NCBI GenBank assembly: GCA_028716165.1
Contig: JAQUQI010000002.1
Coordinates: forward strand, 83,228 to 147,227
DNA: 64,000 nucleotides
Source of the DNA: Candidatus Omnitrophota bacterium
Lineage (GTDB): Bacteria > Omnitrophota > Gorgyraeia > JABMRG01
Direction of reading: 5' to 3'
In this document: positions 18,104-27,189 of the stretch, piece after piece
Layout: every line of letters starts with the position of its first letter
How positions within the stretch are numbered: the first letter of the stretch is position 1
The notes under the pieces: generated by a model
What the model saw: only the letters and a program-made list of their open reading frames with translations
Told to the model about the DNA's origin: nothing
Databases searched by the model: none
Made by a program: the position numbers and the translations under genes

Positions 18104-19006
18104 TTATGGCATATAATATTTGTATACCATCTCTGCCAGGGCCGCTATGAATTTTCGTGATTTATAAGAATCTCTGTTTTTGTGTCCGGTAAGGACACAT
18201 ATGAGAAAATTGCCTTTTTCCGTAAATACTATACCGGCGTCATGGCAGACGCCGTTTTCAAGGCCTGTCTTGTGCGCTACTACCGTGCCTTTGGGCAGTT
18301 TTGCCGGTATCCTGTTGCGGGTTTTTTGCGTTTTTAATATGCGCAGGCATTCAAGAGAGGCATCCTTGTCAGAGAGGCGGTTTAGGTATATTTTGTCAAG
18401 CATTAAGGCGATATCGCCTGCCGTAGTATAATTTTCAATACCCTTATCCCTTAACGCCATATCCATCATCAATCTGGATATATTCGTATTTTTTAATCCG
18501 GCCTCTTTCATCCATGAGTTGAGAAAGTCAAAACCAAGAAGCTTTATCAGGATATTTGTCGCGGTATTATCACTTATAGAGACCATCATCTCTATAAGTT
18601 CCTTTACGCTGAATTCCTTTCCCGGACGCTGATTTTTTAAGATGCCGGAACCGCCTGTTATATCGCTTCTTTTAAGTTTTACCTTATCGCATAATGAAAA
18701 ACCTTTTTCCTGCTGGCAGGACAATATGGCCGCCATAATGGGGATTTTTACAATACTGGCGGCGGCAATTTTTATCTCGGGGTTTCTCTTAATCTGCCAG
18801 CCCCGGTTATAGTCTTTTATAACAATGCATGCCTGTCCGCGGAAATTTTCACTTTTTTCAAATATGGATTTTTCAAGCTGTAACCACCGCCCCCTCTCTA
18901 TTTTATACTCCCTGAAGAAATGAAGAGATACCGCTGATATGGATGCCAGGAGTATAATGATTAATGAGGTTTTTATTATGAGACCTCTTTTCAAAGACAG
19001 GGTCAT
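18104..19006 (-). CDS. class-A beta-lactamase-family serine hydrolase, membrane-anchored
   Basis: N-terminal TM helix. SxxK as SIVK, SDN as SISDNTA, KTG as AHKTG, in class-A spacing. Confidence 0.7.
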   Translation of the reverse strand: MTLSLKRGLIIKTSLIIILLASISAVSLHFFREYKIERGRWLQLEKSIFEKSENFRGQACIVIKDYNRGWQIKRNPEIKIAAASIVKIPIMAAILSCQQEKGFSLCDKVKLKRSDITGGSGILKNQRPGKEFSVKELIEMMVSISDNTATNILIKLLGFDFLNSWMKEAGLKNTNISRLMMDMALRDKGIENYTTAGDIALMLDKIYLNRLSDKDASLECLRILKTQKTRNRIPAKLPKGTVVAHKTGLENGVCHDAGIVFTEKGNFLICVLTGHKNRDSYKSRKFIAALAEMVYKYYMP

Positions 19007-19740
19007 TTTGAGCCTGCCGCCTGTTTAGAGATCTCGTGGCAGAATATGGCGCTTGCCATGGCCACATTAAGCGAAAGGGGTTCGCCCTTCATGTTTAGCG
19101 TGATGAGCAGGTCAATGTGTTTTAATATGGCCTGTTTTATTCCTTTGCCTTCGGAACCGAGCACAAGCGCGAACGGAACGGGAAACGTGAAATTCGTGAT
19201 GTCGTGGCCGCCCTCTACAACCGCCGCCGCCATCCAATAACCGGCTGATTTAGCTTTCGTGATAGCATTGAACAGATTGCTTACGACAGCCACAGGCGTG
19301 AAATTTTCTCCTCCCGAGGCGACATGTATAACCGTGTCGTTTACCTGACAGCTTGAATGAGCTGGAATGACAACGGCAAAACCGCCAAGGCAGGCGGTAA
19401 TCCTTAAAATAGAGCCAAGGTTATGGGGATCATTTATATCGTCTAAGAATAATATACACGGCCTGACGGGATTATCCGGGTTTACGATAGCCTCAAGGGG
19501 GGTGTATTCAAAACCCGGCACTTCGGCGACAATTCCCTGCAGTCTGTCCGCGTGTTTTATCCTTGAAAGCTCTTTTTCACGGACTACCCTGTAAGGTATC
19601 CCGTTTGCCTTCAAAAGCTGGATTATATGAGGGCCATTAAAATTGTCCTGCACATACACGCCTTTAATGGATTTGGGATTGACCCTCAAACGTTCATAAA
19701 CTGAATTTTTACCGTATAGAAATGTTTTATTGCGGGCCAT
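19003..19740 (-). CDS. rlmB: 23S rRNA Gm2251 2'-O-methyltransferase RlmB (SpoU/TrmH family)
   Basis: N-terminal L30e-like substrate-binding domain plus SPOUT motifs LDDINDPHNLGSILR and VLGSEGKG. Confidence 0.85.
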   Translation of the reverse strand: MARNKTFLYGKNSVYERLRVNPKSIKGVYVQDNFNGPHIIQLLKANGIPYRVVREKELSRIKHADRLQGIVAEVPGFEYTPLEAIVNPDNPVRPCILFLDDINDPHNLGSILRITACLGGFAVVIPAHSSCQVNDTVIHVASGGENFTPVAVVSNLFNAITKAKSAGYWMAAAVVEGGHDITNFTFPVPFALVLGSEGKGIKQAILKHIDLLITLNMKGEPLSLNVAMASAIFCHEISKQAAGSK

Positions 19741-19821
19741 TTGCCTGCCTTGTCTATCGCGCGCCTGTGTTTTTTTGACGAATTATGGCCAACCTGCCGG
19801 CGCCTTACCGGCTGTTTTAGT

Positions 19822-20058
19822 TTAGTCCATATTGGAAAGGGCTTCTTGTATAATGGGCAAAAGGCACTGCATCTCGGATTTTGACACTCTGCCTAATTTG
19901 GCGAATTTTAAATTATCCTGCTGGTCCCTGGACTCTCTTGAGATCTGTATTTTTTTCGGCCCATTGTTGTAAGAATAAACGCTTACGCTTAACCTGCCAT
20001 TGTCTGTTTCGCATGATTTTGTGAATAACTGCTGGTCTAAACTGCTGTCATACGGCAT
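19822..20058 (-). CDS. small protein, possibly PC4/YdbC-like ssDNA-binding fold
   Basis: 78 aa, strong RBS AAGGAGGAAAAA. LSVSVYSYNNGPKKIQISRE...KLGRVSKSEMQCLLPII loosely resembles bacterial PC4-like proteins. Confidence 0.4.
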   Translation of the reverse strand: MPYDSSLDQQLFTKSCETDNGRLSVSVYSYNNGPKKIQISRESRDQQDNLKFAKLGRVSKSEMQCLLPIIQEALSNMD

Positions 20059-20154
20059 TTTTTCCTCCTTTTTTATTAAATGGAATATCAGCTTACATTA
20101 TTGTATGCGGATTGTCAAGGGTATTTGCCGGGTTATATACTTGTGTGTTTTAAG

Positions 20155-21387
20155 TTAAAGGCTTTTGATGGAAAATACTTTATCATTTTTATGCGCTTTG
20201 AAGGGGACCTTTATGCCCACACGCAGGCCTGTTAACGCTGTATGCAGGGGCTTTTTTTCCGACTGCATCTCTTCTATCAGGCAATATTCGGCGGGCGTAT
20301 GTTTGCCCGATATCAGTATCCTGTCTCCGATTATAAGGGGGCCTTTTTCTATCAAGACATCAGCTACGCTTATCTTTGGAAAAAAACGCATTACCCTGCC
20401 GGCGTATATCTTTTCACTGCTTTTACGCGGGCCATTGTTCAATCCCCGGGGTTTGCCAAGATAAAACCCCGCGTCCAGGCCTCTGTTATATGTTGAGTTA
20501 AGGCGTTTAAGAAGTGTTTCTTTCAATCCGTCATCCAGCCGGTGCCCATAATATGCCTCCATTGCCTCGCGATAGCAAAGAGTTGTCTCCTTGACGTATT
20601 CCGGAGAACGGTTTCTGCCTTCTATCTTGAATACATCCGCTCCTGATTCCATCATTTTTTCAAAAAAAGGCATAACGCACAGGTCCTTGGGGCTTAGCAG
20701 ATAATCAGGGCCTATCCTGTAACTGCTTTCATTGTCAATGTCCTGGATAAAGAACATGCGCCTGCAGGGTTGTAGGCATTGGCCTCTGTTGGCCGATTTT
20801 TTGAACGCTTCATCCGACAAAAAACACCTGCCCGATACGCTTACACACATGGCGCCGTGTATGAATACCTCTATTTGGCATGGTATTTTCTCTTTTTCCA
20901 TAAAATCAGCGCTCTCCCTTATGCTGTCAAGGCCGCACTCTCTTGCGAGGACAACTCGTTTAGCGCCCGCCAGGGCATAGTATCGCAGGGCGTTTTTATT
21001 GGCAATGCCTGCCTGCGTAGACAGATGTATGTCAAGGCCTATGTTATTTGCTATCGGAATAAGCGACATGTCCCAGCATATAACGGCATGGACACCGCAT
21101 TTTTTCGCCTGGATGAGGATCTTTTCGGCTTTCTCCATCTCACGGTCAAAAATTATTGTATTAAGGGCAAGATAGCCTTTTTTATCTTTGGAACGCAAAA
21201 AATCCATCACCTTATTGAGTTCAAGTATATCAAAATTATCAGCCCCCTGCCTCATATTCAGTCCTTTAACCCCAAAATAAACACTGTCAGCTCCGGCTGT
21301 GACGGCTGTTCTAAGACAGCACCAGTTGCCCGCGGGCGCTGAAAGTTCCACCCTTTTTGGTTTTATTGACTGGATTTTTTTTCTCAT
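20155..21387 (-). CDS. peptidase U32-family protein (RlhA/TrhP/YegQ-like RNA-modification-associated)
   Basis: 410 aa. U32 core E-x-F-x-H-G-A-x-C as EVFIHGAMCVS and CxxxC... motifs. Confidence 0.85.
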   Translation of the reverse strand: MRKKIQSIKPKRVELSAPAGNWCCLRTAVTAGADSVYFGVKGLNMRQGADNFDILELNKVMDFLRSKDKKGYLALNTIIFDREMEKAEKILIQAKKCGVHAVICWDMSLIPIANNIGLDIHLSTQAGIANKNALRYYALAGAKRVVLARECGLDSIRESADFMEKEKIPCQIEVFIHGAMCVSVSGRCFLSDEAFKKSANRGQCLQPCRRMFFIQDIDNESSYRIGPDYLLSPKDLCVMPFFEKMMESGADVFKIEGRNRSPEYVKETTLCYREAMEAYYGHRLDDGLKETLLKRLNSTYNRGLDAGFYLGKPRGLNNGPRKSSEKIYAGRVMRFFPKISVADVLIEKGPLIIGDRILISGKHTPAEYCLIEEMQSEKKPLHTALTGLRVGIKVPFKAHKNDKVFSIKSL

Positions 21388-21401
21388 GATTTACCGTTAA
21401 T

Positions 21402-22040
21402 TCAGGTTTTCGCTTTAAAGCCATTTAAATGTGTTATGCTGTTAAGGCTTCTTTTGGGGACATTTAAGACATTATTATTATCAAGAAAATATTTAACACA
21501 GCCGTTGAATCTTACCGGCTTTGAAGGCATATTGGCCTGGCCCAGGGCTATAACAGAATCAAGGTTTATGCCTCCGGGCAGTTTGAACAGGCGCCTTAAT
21601 TTTTCTTTATCAATAGCTCCCAGCCAACAGCTGGCTATATTATCCGCCTGCGCTGTCAGCATGATATTTTCCGCCGCGGCTCCTATATCACGCAGGTCAG
21701 GCGCAAGGTTTTTGGCGCCGGGTAAGGCTAATTTGGATAAATTAACGAGTATTATGATGTATGCTTTAGGCTTGTCTTTTTGACCGGGGTTTAGCCTTGG
21801 GCTAAGATATCCTGCCCATTGCAGGTGTTTGAATATTTTTTCGCGCAAGGATGCCGATGTGACAATGATAAATTCCAGTATTTGCATATTACCCGCGCTT
21901 GGCGCCAGTCTCGCGGCATTTACCATGCGCCGCAGGTTTTTTATGCCGACCGGCTTATTGCCAAAACTGCGTATTGACCTTCTGTTTAATATAGCCTCGT
22001 AGGCGTTCATATGGGCCCTTTGTTTAGGACGACGGATCAT
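21402..22040 (-). CDS. nitroreductase-family flavoprotein
   Basis: ILNRRSIRSF and RLAPSAGN motifs of the FMN nitroreductase fold. Confidence 0.8.
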   Translation of the reverse strand: MIRRPKQRAHMNAYEAILNRRSIRSFGNKPVGIKNLRRMVNAARLAPSAGNMQILEFIIVTSASLREKIFKHLQWAGYLSPRLNPGQKDKPKAYIIILVNLSKLALPGAKNLAPDLRDIGAAAENIMLTAQADNIASCWLGAIDKEKLRRLFKLPGGINLDSVIALGQANMPSKPVRFNGCVKYFLDNNNVLNVPKRSLNSITHLNGFKAKT

Positions 22041-22399
22041 GACGCGTAAAGTATCATAAAAAACCCGCAGGCTGATTGCGCAAGCGCCATAAGCCTAAAA
22101 AAAAGAACCGGTTGTTTTCGGATAAATCCGGATATCTTTTGTGAAAATTTAGATTTTACAAAAAAGGCAAGCTTAACTATCAGGAGAACGCAGATAATTA
22201 TTATGAATTTAATCCATACCCCGTCAGCCTTTAACCATATTTTTATGAATACCGCTATCAAAACAGCCGTAAAGGCAAACAGATAATTTCTTATTATTCT
22301 TTTGCTCTTTTTTTGGATACGCCAGCGTAAAATTTGCGGAAATAAAAACAGCGCAATGCCTAAGAGAAGCCATGCCCATCCGATAATCCTGATTATCAT
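22037..22399 (-). CDS. small integral membrane protein (hypothetical)
   Basis: 120 aa with 3-4 TM helices; overlaps the downstream gene by 4 nt. Confidence 0.5.
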   Translation of the reverse strand: MIIRIIGWAWLLLGIALFLFPQILRWRIQKKSKRIIRNYLFAFTAVLIAVFIKIWLKADGVWIKFIIIICVLLIVKLAFFVKSKFSQKISGFIRKQPVLFFRLMALAQSACGFFMILYAS

Positions 22400-22433
22400 A
22401 ACAACCTCTAAAAGAGCGGTTTGCCCGTTTTGC

Positions 22434-23057
22434 CTAATCTTTTATCGCGCGGAATAGTTCTTCTATCATCAAGAATATTTTTTTAAAATCACCCGCGGCA
22501 ATCAGGTCTTTTTTGAAGATGCTTTCTCCGAAGGCAGCCGCGGAGGCCCCGCTGGCGAAATACTGCTTTATATTATCTTTATTAATGCCGCCGCAGGCGA
22601 GCAGTTCAATATGGTTAAAAGGGCCTTTGAGGTCATTAAAATATGCCGCGCCCACGGTTCTCGCGGGAAAGACCTTTACCATGGCGCATCCCGACTTGTA
22701 GGCGCCATAAACCTCCGCGGGAGTCAGCGCTCCCGGGAAATGAGGTATTGAATTTTTGGCGCAATAATCGCAAACCTCATTTATAAGGCATGGCGATACT
22801 ATGAACTCTGCCCCCGCCTTCACCGCCTCGTTTAACGCGCCCGTATCCAGGACCGTTCCTGCTCCGACAAATAACCTGCCGCGGGCTTTATCGCGGGCGT
22901 GCTTTATCAAAAGAGGCGCGTCGGCCGTGTTCATTGTAATTTCAATGGCCCGCAATCCCGCCGCGGCCGATGCCTCAATTACCGGTTCAACCGCGCTGTA
23001 ATGTATGCCCCGAAGTATGCCCAAAAGAGGGTATTTTTTAAAAACCGCGATATCCAT
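22434..23057 (-). CDS. eda: KDPG/KHG aldolase (Eda family)
   Basis: 207 aa. GILRG..., IEIT, GAGTV, FPG aldolase motifs. Confidence 0.8.
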   Translation of the reverse strand: MDIAVFKKYPLLGILRGIHYSAVEPVIEASAAAGLRAIEITMNTADAPLLIKHARDKARGRLFVGAGTVLDTGALNEAVKAGAEFIVSPCLINEVCDYCAKNSIPHFPGALTPAEVYGAYKSGCAMVKVFPARTVGAAYFNDLKGPFNHIELLACGGINKDNIKQYFASGASAAAFGESIFKKDLIAAGDFKKIFLMIEELFRAIKD

Positions 23058-23068
23058 GTGGCCTTGTG

Positions 23069-24019
23069 TTAATCAGCGGCCGTGTCTCTTACCGCTTCGT
23101 AAAATTTTCTGTAATTGTCTTTTTCGGGCGTTTTCCTGAATGCCATAGCCGCCTTGGGGTGTTCGTTAAACATGCCGGCGATGGCATATGGGATAATATA
23201 GCCCCACTCTATTGTGTTTTTGAGAGCGATGAATTCTTCGGATATTATGTCAAGCACCGGCCTGATGTCAAACTTGGGATTTTTCAGAAATCCCACAAGC
23301 AATTCAAGCGGACAGTTGCCGGCGGCCCTTCCGATGCCGTATATTGTAGCATCCATGAAATTGGCATCATGTATAATGGCCTCTATGGTATTGGCAAAGG
23401 CAAGCTGTTGGTTGTTATGCCCGTGGAATCCGATTTCTTTGGTTTTCAGCCGTGCCTTAAATTTTTTTACAAGGTCTTCGGTGGATTCCTGGTAAAGCGC
23501 GCCGAAGCTGTCAACGATATAAACCGCGTCGGCGCTTGATTCAGCTTCAATCTGGTCCAGCGCCTCATCCAGGGCCGCCCCCTGGTCCCTGGATATGGCC
23601 ATTATGTTAAAAGTGGTTTCATACCCTTTCTGGGCGAAATGGTTGACCATGAATATGGCCTTATCAATGTCTTTTACATAACAGGCAACGCGTATCATGT
23701 CAACGGGGCTCTTGTCTTTTGGCTTGACATCATCAAGGTCCACCCTGCCGACGTCAACCATGACAGATATCTTTGAGCCTTTGCCCGCGAGGCCTATGAC
23801 CTGTTCTATTATTTCATCCTCGCAGAACTTCCATAACCCGTATTCATTACCGGGAAACAGCCTCCTTGAGTTTTTGTATCCAAGTTCAACGTAATCAATG
23901 CCCGCCGCGGAAAGGGCGTGGTAGATTTTTTTTACGAAATCTATGCTGAAATTGTGGTTATTGATGAGCCCGCCGTCGCGGATAGTGCAGTCAAGCACCT
24001 TTATCTTGTCTCTGAACAT
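23069..24019 (-). CDS. DRE-TIM metallolyase (HMG-CoA lyase / 4-hydroxy-2-oxovalerate-aldolase-like); start at MFRDK with GGAGG RBS
   Basis: CTIRDGG motif, and later GFHGHNN and Y/G..AGN metal-binding motifs. Confidence 0.7.
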   Translation of the reverse strand: MFRDKIKVLDCTIRDGGLINNHNFSIDFVKKIYHALSAAGIDYVELGYKNSRRLFPGNEYGLWKFCEDEIIEQVIGLAGKGSKISVMVDVGRVDLDDVKPKDKSPVDMIRVACYVKDIDKAIFMVNHFAQKGYETTFNIMAISRDQGAALDEALDQIEAESSADAVYIVDSFGALYQESTEDLVKKFKARLKTKEIGFHGHNNQQLAFANTIEAIIHDANFMDATIYGIGRAAGNCPLELLVGFLKNPKFDIRPVLDIISEEFIALKNTIEWGYIIPYAIAGMFNEHPKAAMAFRKTPEKDNYRKFYEAVRDTAAD

Positions 24020-24083
24020 ATTGCCTCCGTTTATTTGCTTCGTGTTTCCTGATAATATACCGCTATTACGGCCCGCTTTCAAG

Positions 24084-24165
24084 CAAAAAAATAAAGACGG
24101 CTGTTTAGTCCAGGGTATCCTGAACCGCGCAACCGTCTTTACAAAACCGGAAATACTTTACCCGG
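24084..24165 (-). terminator. tandem rho-independent terminators after cspA
   Basis: Hairpin CCGGG-N10-CCGG followed by TTTTGT directly after the stop. Then GACGG...CCGTC (24096-24137) followed by a T3AT7 tract (plus aaaaaaataaa 24084-24094). Confidence 0.6.
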
Positions 24166-24366
24166 TTATATCTTTACCACATTCTTGGCTTGTTCGCCTT
24201 TTGGGCCTTGTTCTATTTCAAACTCAACATCCTGGCCTTCTTCAAGCGACTTGTATCCCTCACCCTGAAGAGCGCTGTAATGAACGAATACGTCCTTACC
24301 GTCTTCAGGAGTAATGAAACCATAGCCTTTTTGGTTATTAAACCATTTAACTTTGCCTTTTGCCAT
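24166..24366 (-). CDS. cspA: cold-shock protein (CspA family)
   Basis: 66 aa. RNP1 KGYGFI and RNP2 VFVHY motifs. GGAGG RBS. Confidence 0.95.
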   Translation of the reverse strand: MAKGKVKWFNNQKGYGFITPEDGKDVFVHYSALQGEGYKSLEEGQDVEFEIEQGPKGEQAKNVVKI

Positions 24367-24419
24367 TACTCACTAACCTCCTTTCATAAGAATTTAATGC
24401 TAGTAAATAATGGCACAGA

Positions 24420-24459
24420 CTAAAAATCCGCAAGGCGAACTGTTTCTTTACCTTGCGGC
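24420..24459 (-). promoter_or_regulatory. terminator-like hairpin + U-tract inside the cspA 5' leader (GCCGCAAGG...CCUUGCGG AUUUUUAG), ~60 nt upstream of the start codon
   Basis: Perfect 8-bp inverted repeat at 24427-24458. On the minus strand it is followed by the complement of taaaaa (24421-24426). Confidence 0.45.
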
Positions 24460-24496
24460 TACAAACATTTCTACTGCCTTATTTACTTTCATTATC

Positions 24497-24525
24497 ATTT
24501 TACTGTATTGAAGTGGTTCTGTCAA
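24497..24525 (-). promoter_or_regulatory. sigma70-type promoter of cspA (TTGACA-17-TAAAAT) giving a ~125-nt leader
   Basis: Complement of tgtcaa 24520-24525 and atttta 24497-24502, with a 17-nt spacer. Confidence 0.5.
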
Positions 24526-24735
24526 CAAAAAAAACAGTTTTTCCCAAAAATTTTTTATTTTGGTATTCTTACCAGAGTTTGAGCCAAAAACAGTCGTTTC
24601 ATCGTTTTGCGTCACGGCCGCGCCATCAGCGGACAAGCATTTATGTAAATGATCCTTAATGTAATTTTACCCCTAAGCCGGTAGTCTGTCAAGCGCCATC
24701 AGCAATGTTGATGAAAAAAAATGAACGCAATGCTT

Positions 24736-25905
24736 TTATAGCGATGTCTTGAGTATGGATAATATATCGTCTTGATCCAATGGCACAAATGAACCCAAAT
24801 GAGCGTTTCTACCCGCTATGTTCTTTGCCATTTCTTCAAGTCCGCGTTCATCAATACCCATCTGCCGAAGATTAGACGGCATGCCAAGCGAATTGAAAAA
24901 CTCTCTTGTTCTATCAATGGCATAGTTGGCTATCTCCGGTAAGCTGTTTCGTGTTTCAGCAGACCAGATATTCCGTCCGTAATCGGCAAACCTGCAGGCT
25001 GTTTCCTTGCTAAGCACGTGCCGCATCCAGTTTGGCACTATGACGGACAGCCCCGCGCCATGGCTGATATCATAAACAGCGCTTATCTCATGCTCTATGC
25101 CGTGAGACGACCAGTCTGTTATCCTGCCGGCGCCGAGAAGGCCGTTTAATGCCAGTGTTCCCGCCCACATGATATTCGCCCTGGCATCGTAGTTTTGTTT
25201 TTCTTTAATGACTACCGGAGCGTATTTTATGCACACATTAAGTATGCCTTCGCAGAGCCTGTCCTGGACGTCGCATGCCGGGGTGCGGCTGAAATACTGC
25301 TCAAAAACGTGGGCCATAATGTCAACAATGCCGGCGGCAGTATTAAATTCATCCACCGTAAAAGTATAGACAGGGTCTAATATCGCGAATACCGGGCGCA
25401 GTATGTCAGCGCATAGCGCCAATTTTTTCTGACGTTCTTCATGCGTAATCACCGCGTTGCCGTTTGTTTCCGTGCCCGTGGCCGCGAGGGTCAGGACACA
25501 GCCTGTGGGAAGCGTTTTTTGCGGCAGGGCCAATTTATCAAAAAAATCCCAGCAATCACCGTCATAGACAGCCCCTGCCGCTATTGTTTTTGAGGCGTCA
25601 ATTACACTGCCCCCTCCCACGCCCAGGACAAGGTCTATGTTATCACGCCTGCATATCCGTATGCCTTCATAGACCGTTTTTATCCTTGGGTTTGGCCTTA
25701 TGCCGGAAAGTTCAGAATAACGGATGCCGGTTTTATTTATCTGCGAAACGACGTCCTTAAACGCGGTGTATTTTTTCGCGCTTGCCTTGCCCGTTACGAT
25801 AAGGACATTGCGAAAACCCCTGTTTATGATTTCGCGCGAAAGCGATTCTATCTGACCTTTTCCGAAATATACCGTTGTCGGAGAACAGTATCTGAAGTTG
25901 TCCAT
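24736..25905 (-). CDS. iron-containing (group III) alcohol dehydrogenase
   Basis: GGGS-x-D NAD motif as GVGGGSVIDASK. Metal-binding His in HGIEHE and HG..LS. Confidence 0.85.
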   Translation of the reverse strand: MDNFRYCSPTTVYFGKGQIESLSREIINRGFRNVLIVTGKASAKKYTAFKDVVSQINKTGIRYSELSGIRPNPRIKTVYEGIRICRRDNIDLVLGVGGGSVIDASKTIAAGAVYDGDCWDFFDKLALPQKTLPTGCVLTLAATGTETNGNAVITHEERQKKLALCADILRPVFAILDPVYTFTVDEFNTAAGIVDIMAHVFEQYFSRTPACDVQDRLCEGILNVCIKYAPVVIKEKQNYDARANIMWAGTLALNGLLGAGRITDWSSHGIEHEISAVYDISHGAGLSVIVPNWMRHVLSKETACRFADYGRNIWSAETRNSLPEIANYAIDRTREFFNSLGMPSNLRQMGIDERGLEEMAKNIAGRNAHLGSFVPLDQDDILSILKTSL

Positions 25906-25907
25906 TA

Positions 25908-27125
25908 TCAGGATATCTCCCCGGCCGCCTTAAGTGACAATTTGACGAAAATTGAACCGATTATTTCCGAGAGTATGGTGCCGCCGATTACCACGGCTAT
26001 TATGATGTCCGCGAATCCGGAAAAAGCCGGTTCTTGTTTCATTAAAAGCCCCAGGCCCACTACAATGCCGCCGTAAGGTATTAGTCCTGCCGATGTGTAT
26101 TTTTTTACGTTAGTTCCTGCCTTGGCCGCGGCCGCTCCGCAAAGCGTGCCGGCGGTTTTTCCCATTATCCTGAACGCGACAAAAAATATTATCAGCACCA
26201 TGGCCGTTGGTATTACGGAAAAGTTCAACTGCATGCCGCTTACCACGAAAAACATCAGGAATATGAGCTCTTCCGTGCTTTGCTCAAGGACCTTGAATAT
26301 CTTTTGCTGTATCGGGTTAAGATTCACCGCGACAACTCCCATGACCATTGTTGCCAGCAAAGCGTCAAGCTTTAATGACTCCGTGATCCCGAAGCACAGC
26401 GTTAACAGGCCCAAAAGGGCGGCGATAAGAGTGCCGTCAGGCCTTTTCTCAAGGAATATGGATATGGCATTGAGAAAAAGCCCGAAGAGTATTCCGAATC
26501 CCGCAGAACCCGCGATTATGCCGGCAGGAACCGCTATGGATTGATACAGGCTGAAGTTTGTGTGCATGGCAAAAGTGCCTGCCAATACCATGGCTATGCA
26601 GAAATTCATGATGCCGACCGCGTCATCCAGTGCTGATACGCCGAGTATTGTTGACGTAACATCGCCTTTGGCATTGTATTCATGCGTTATGGCAAGCGCT
26701 GGCGTAGGATCAGTCGGCGAAGCTATACACCCTATCAGTATGCTGAAAGGTATATATGTATTAAACCAGCCTATGCCGGGCCCTTTTAAAAACAATTGCG
26801 TCAGCGCGAGGAAACCGAATGTGACAAAAAGGAAAGCGAACTGCGCTTCAAGTATCGTTATCCAGAGTATGCCCTTTCCGAGCTTTTTAAGGTTTGCCAG
26901 GGACAGTGTCCCGCCGATGGAAAACGTTATGAAGCATAAAGCGAGGTTTATGACGAGATTAGTCGCCTTCGCGGCCGCGTGGGGCATAAACTTCATTATG
27001 TCCGGGTTTAACAATATGCCCGCCAATATAAAACCCGTGACCCTTGGAAGGCCTGCCTTTTGTGCCAGCTCGCCGCAAATAAAACCGACGACAACAATAA
27101 TGCCGATTGCCAATACCGGATTCAT
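25908..27125 (-). CDS. cation:proton antiporter (CPA1/CPA2 family) membrane protein
   Basis: 405 aa with about 12 TM helices. Na+/H+-exchanger-type motifs. Confidence 0.8.
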   Translation of the reverse strand: MNPVLAIGIIVVVGFICGELAQKAGLPRVTGFILAGILLNPDIMKFMPHAAAKATNLVINLALCFITFSIGGTLSLANLKKLGKGILWITILEAQFAFLFVTFGFLALTQLFLKGPGIGWFNTYIPFSILIGCIASPTDPTPALAITHEYNAKGDVTSTILGVSALDDAVGIMNFCIAMVLAGTFAMHTNFSLYQSIAVPAGIIAGSAGFGILFGLFLNAISIFLEKRPDGTLIAALLGLLTLCFGITESLKLDALLATMVMGVVAVNLNPIQQKIFKVLEQSTEELIFLMFFVVSGMQLNFSVIPTAMVLIIFFVAFRIMGKTAGTLCGAAAAKAGTNVKKYTSAGLIPYGGIVVGLGLLMKQEPAFSGFADIIIAVVIGGTILSEIIGSIFVKLSLKAAGEIS

Positions 27126-27189
27126 TTAATTCCCCCGAATTAATGCGGCCGAAACAACTGCCCCGCGCTTGATTAACGCCCGCGAAAAG

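Noticed and set aside
20779-21342. 187-aa plus-strand ORF within the U32 peptidase gene
   Set aside because: Antisense to a gene with strong U32 motifs; no RBS and no motifs.
26095-27129. Long plus-strand ORFs (149 and 189 aa) inside the CPA antiporter gene region
   Set aside because: They lie antisense to a well-supported minus-strand membrane transporter gene. Their composition reflects the complement of hydrophobic codons; they are shadow ORFs.
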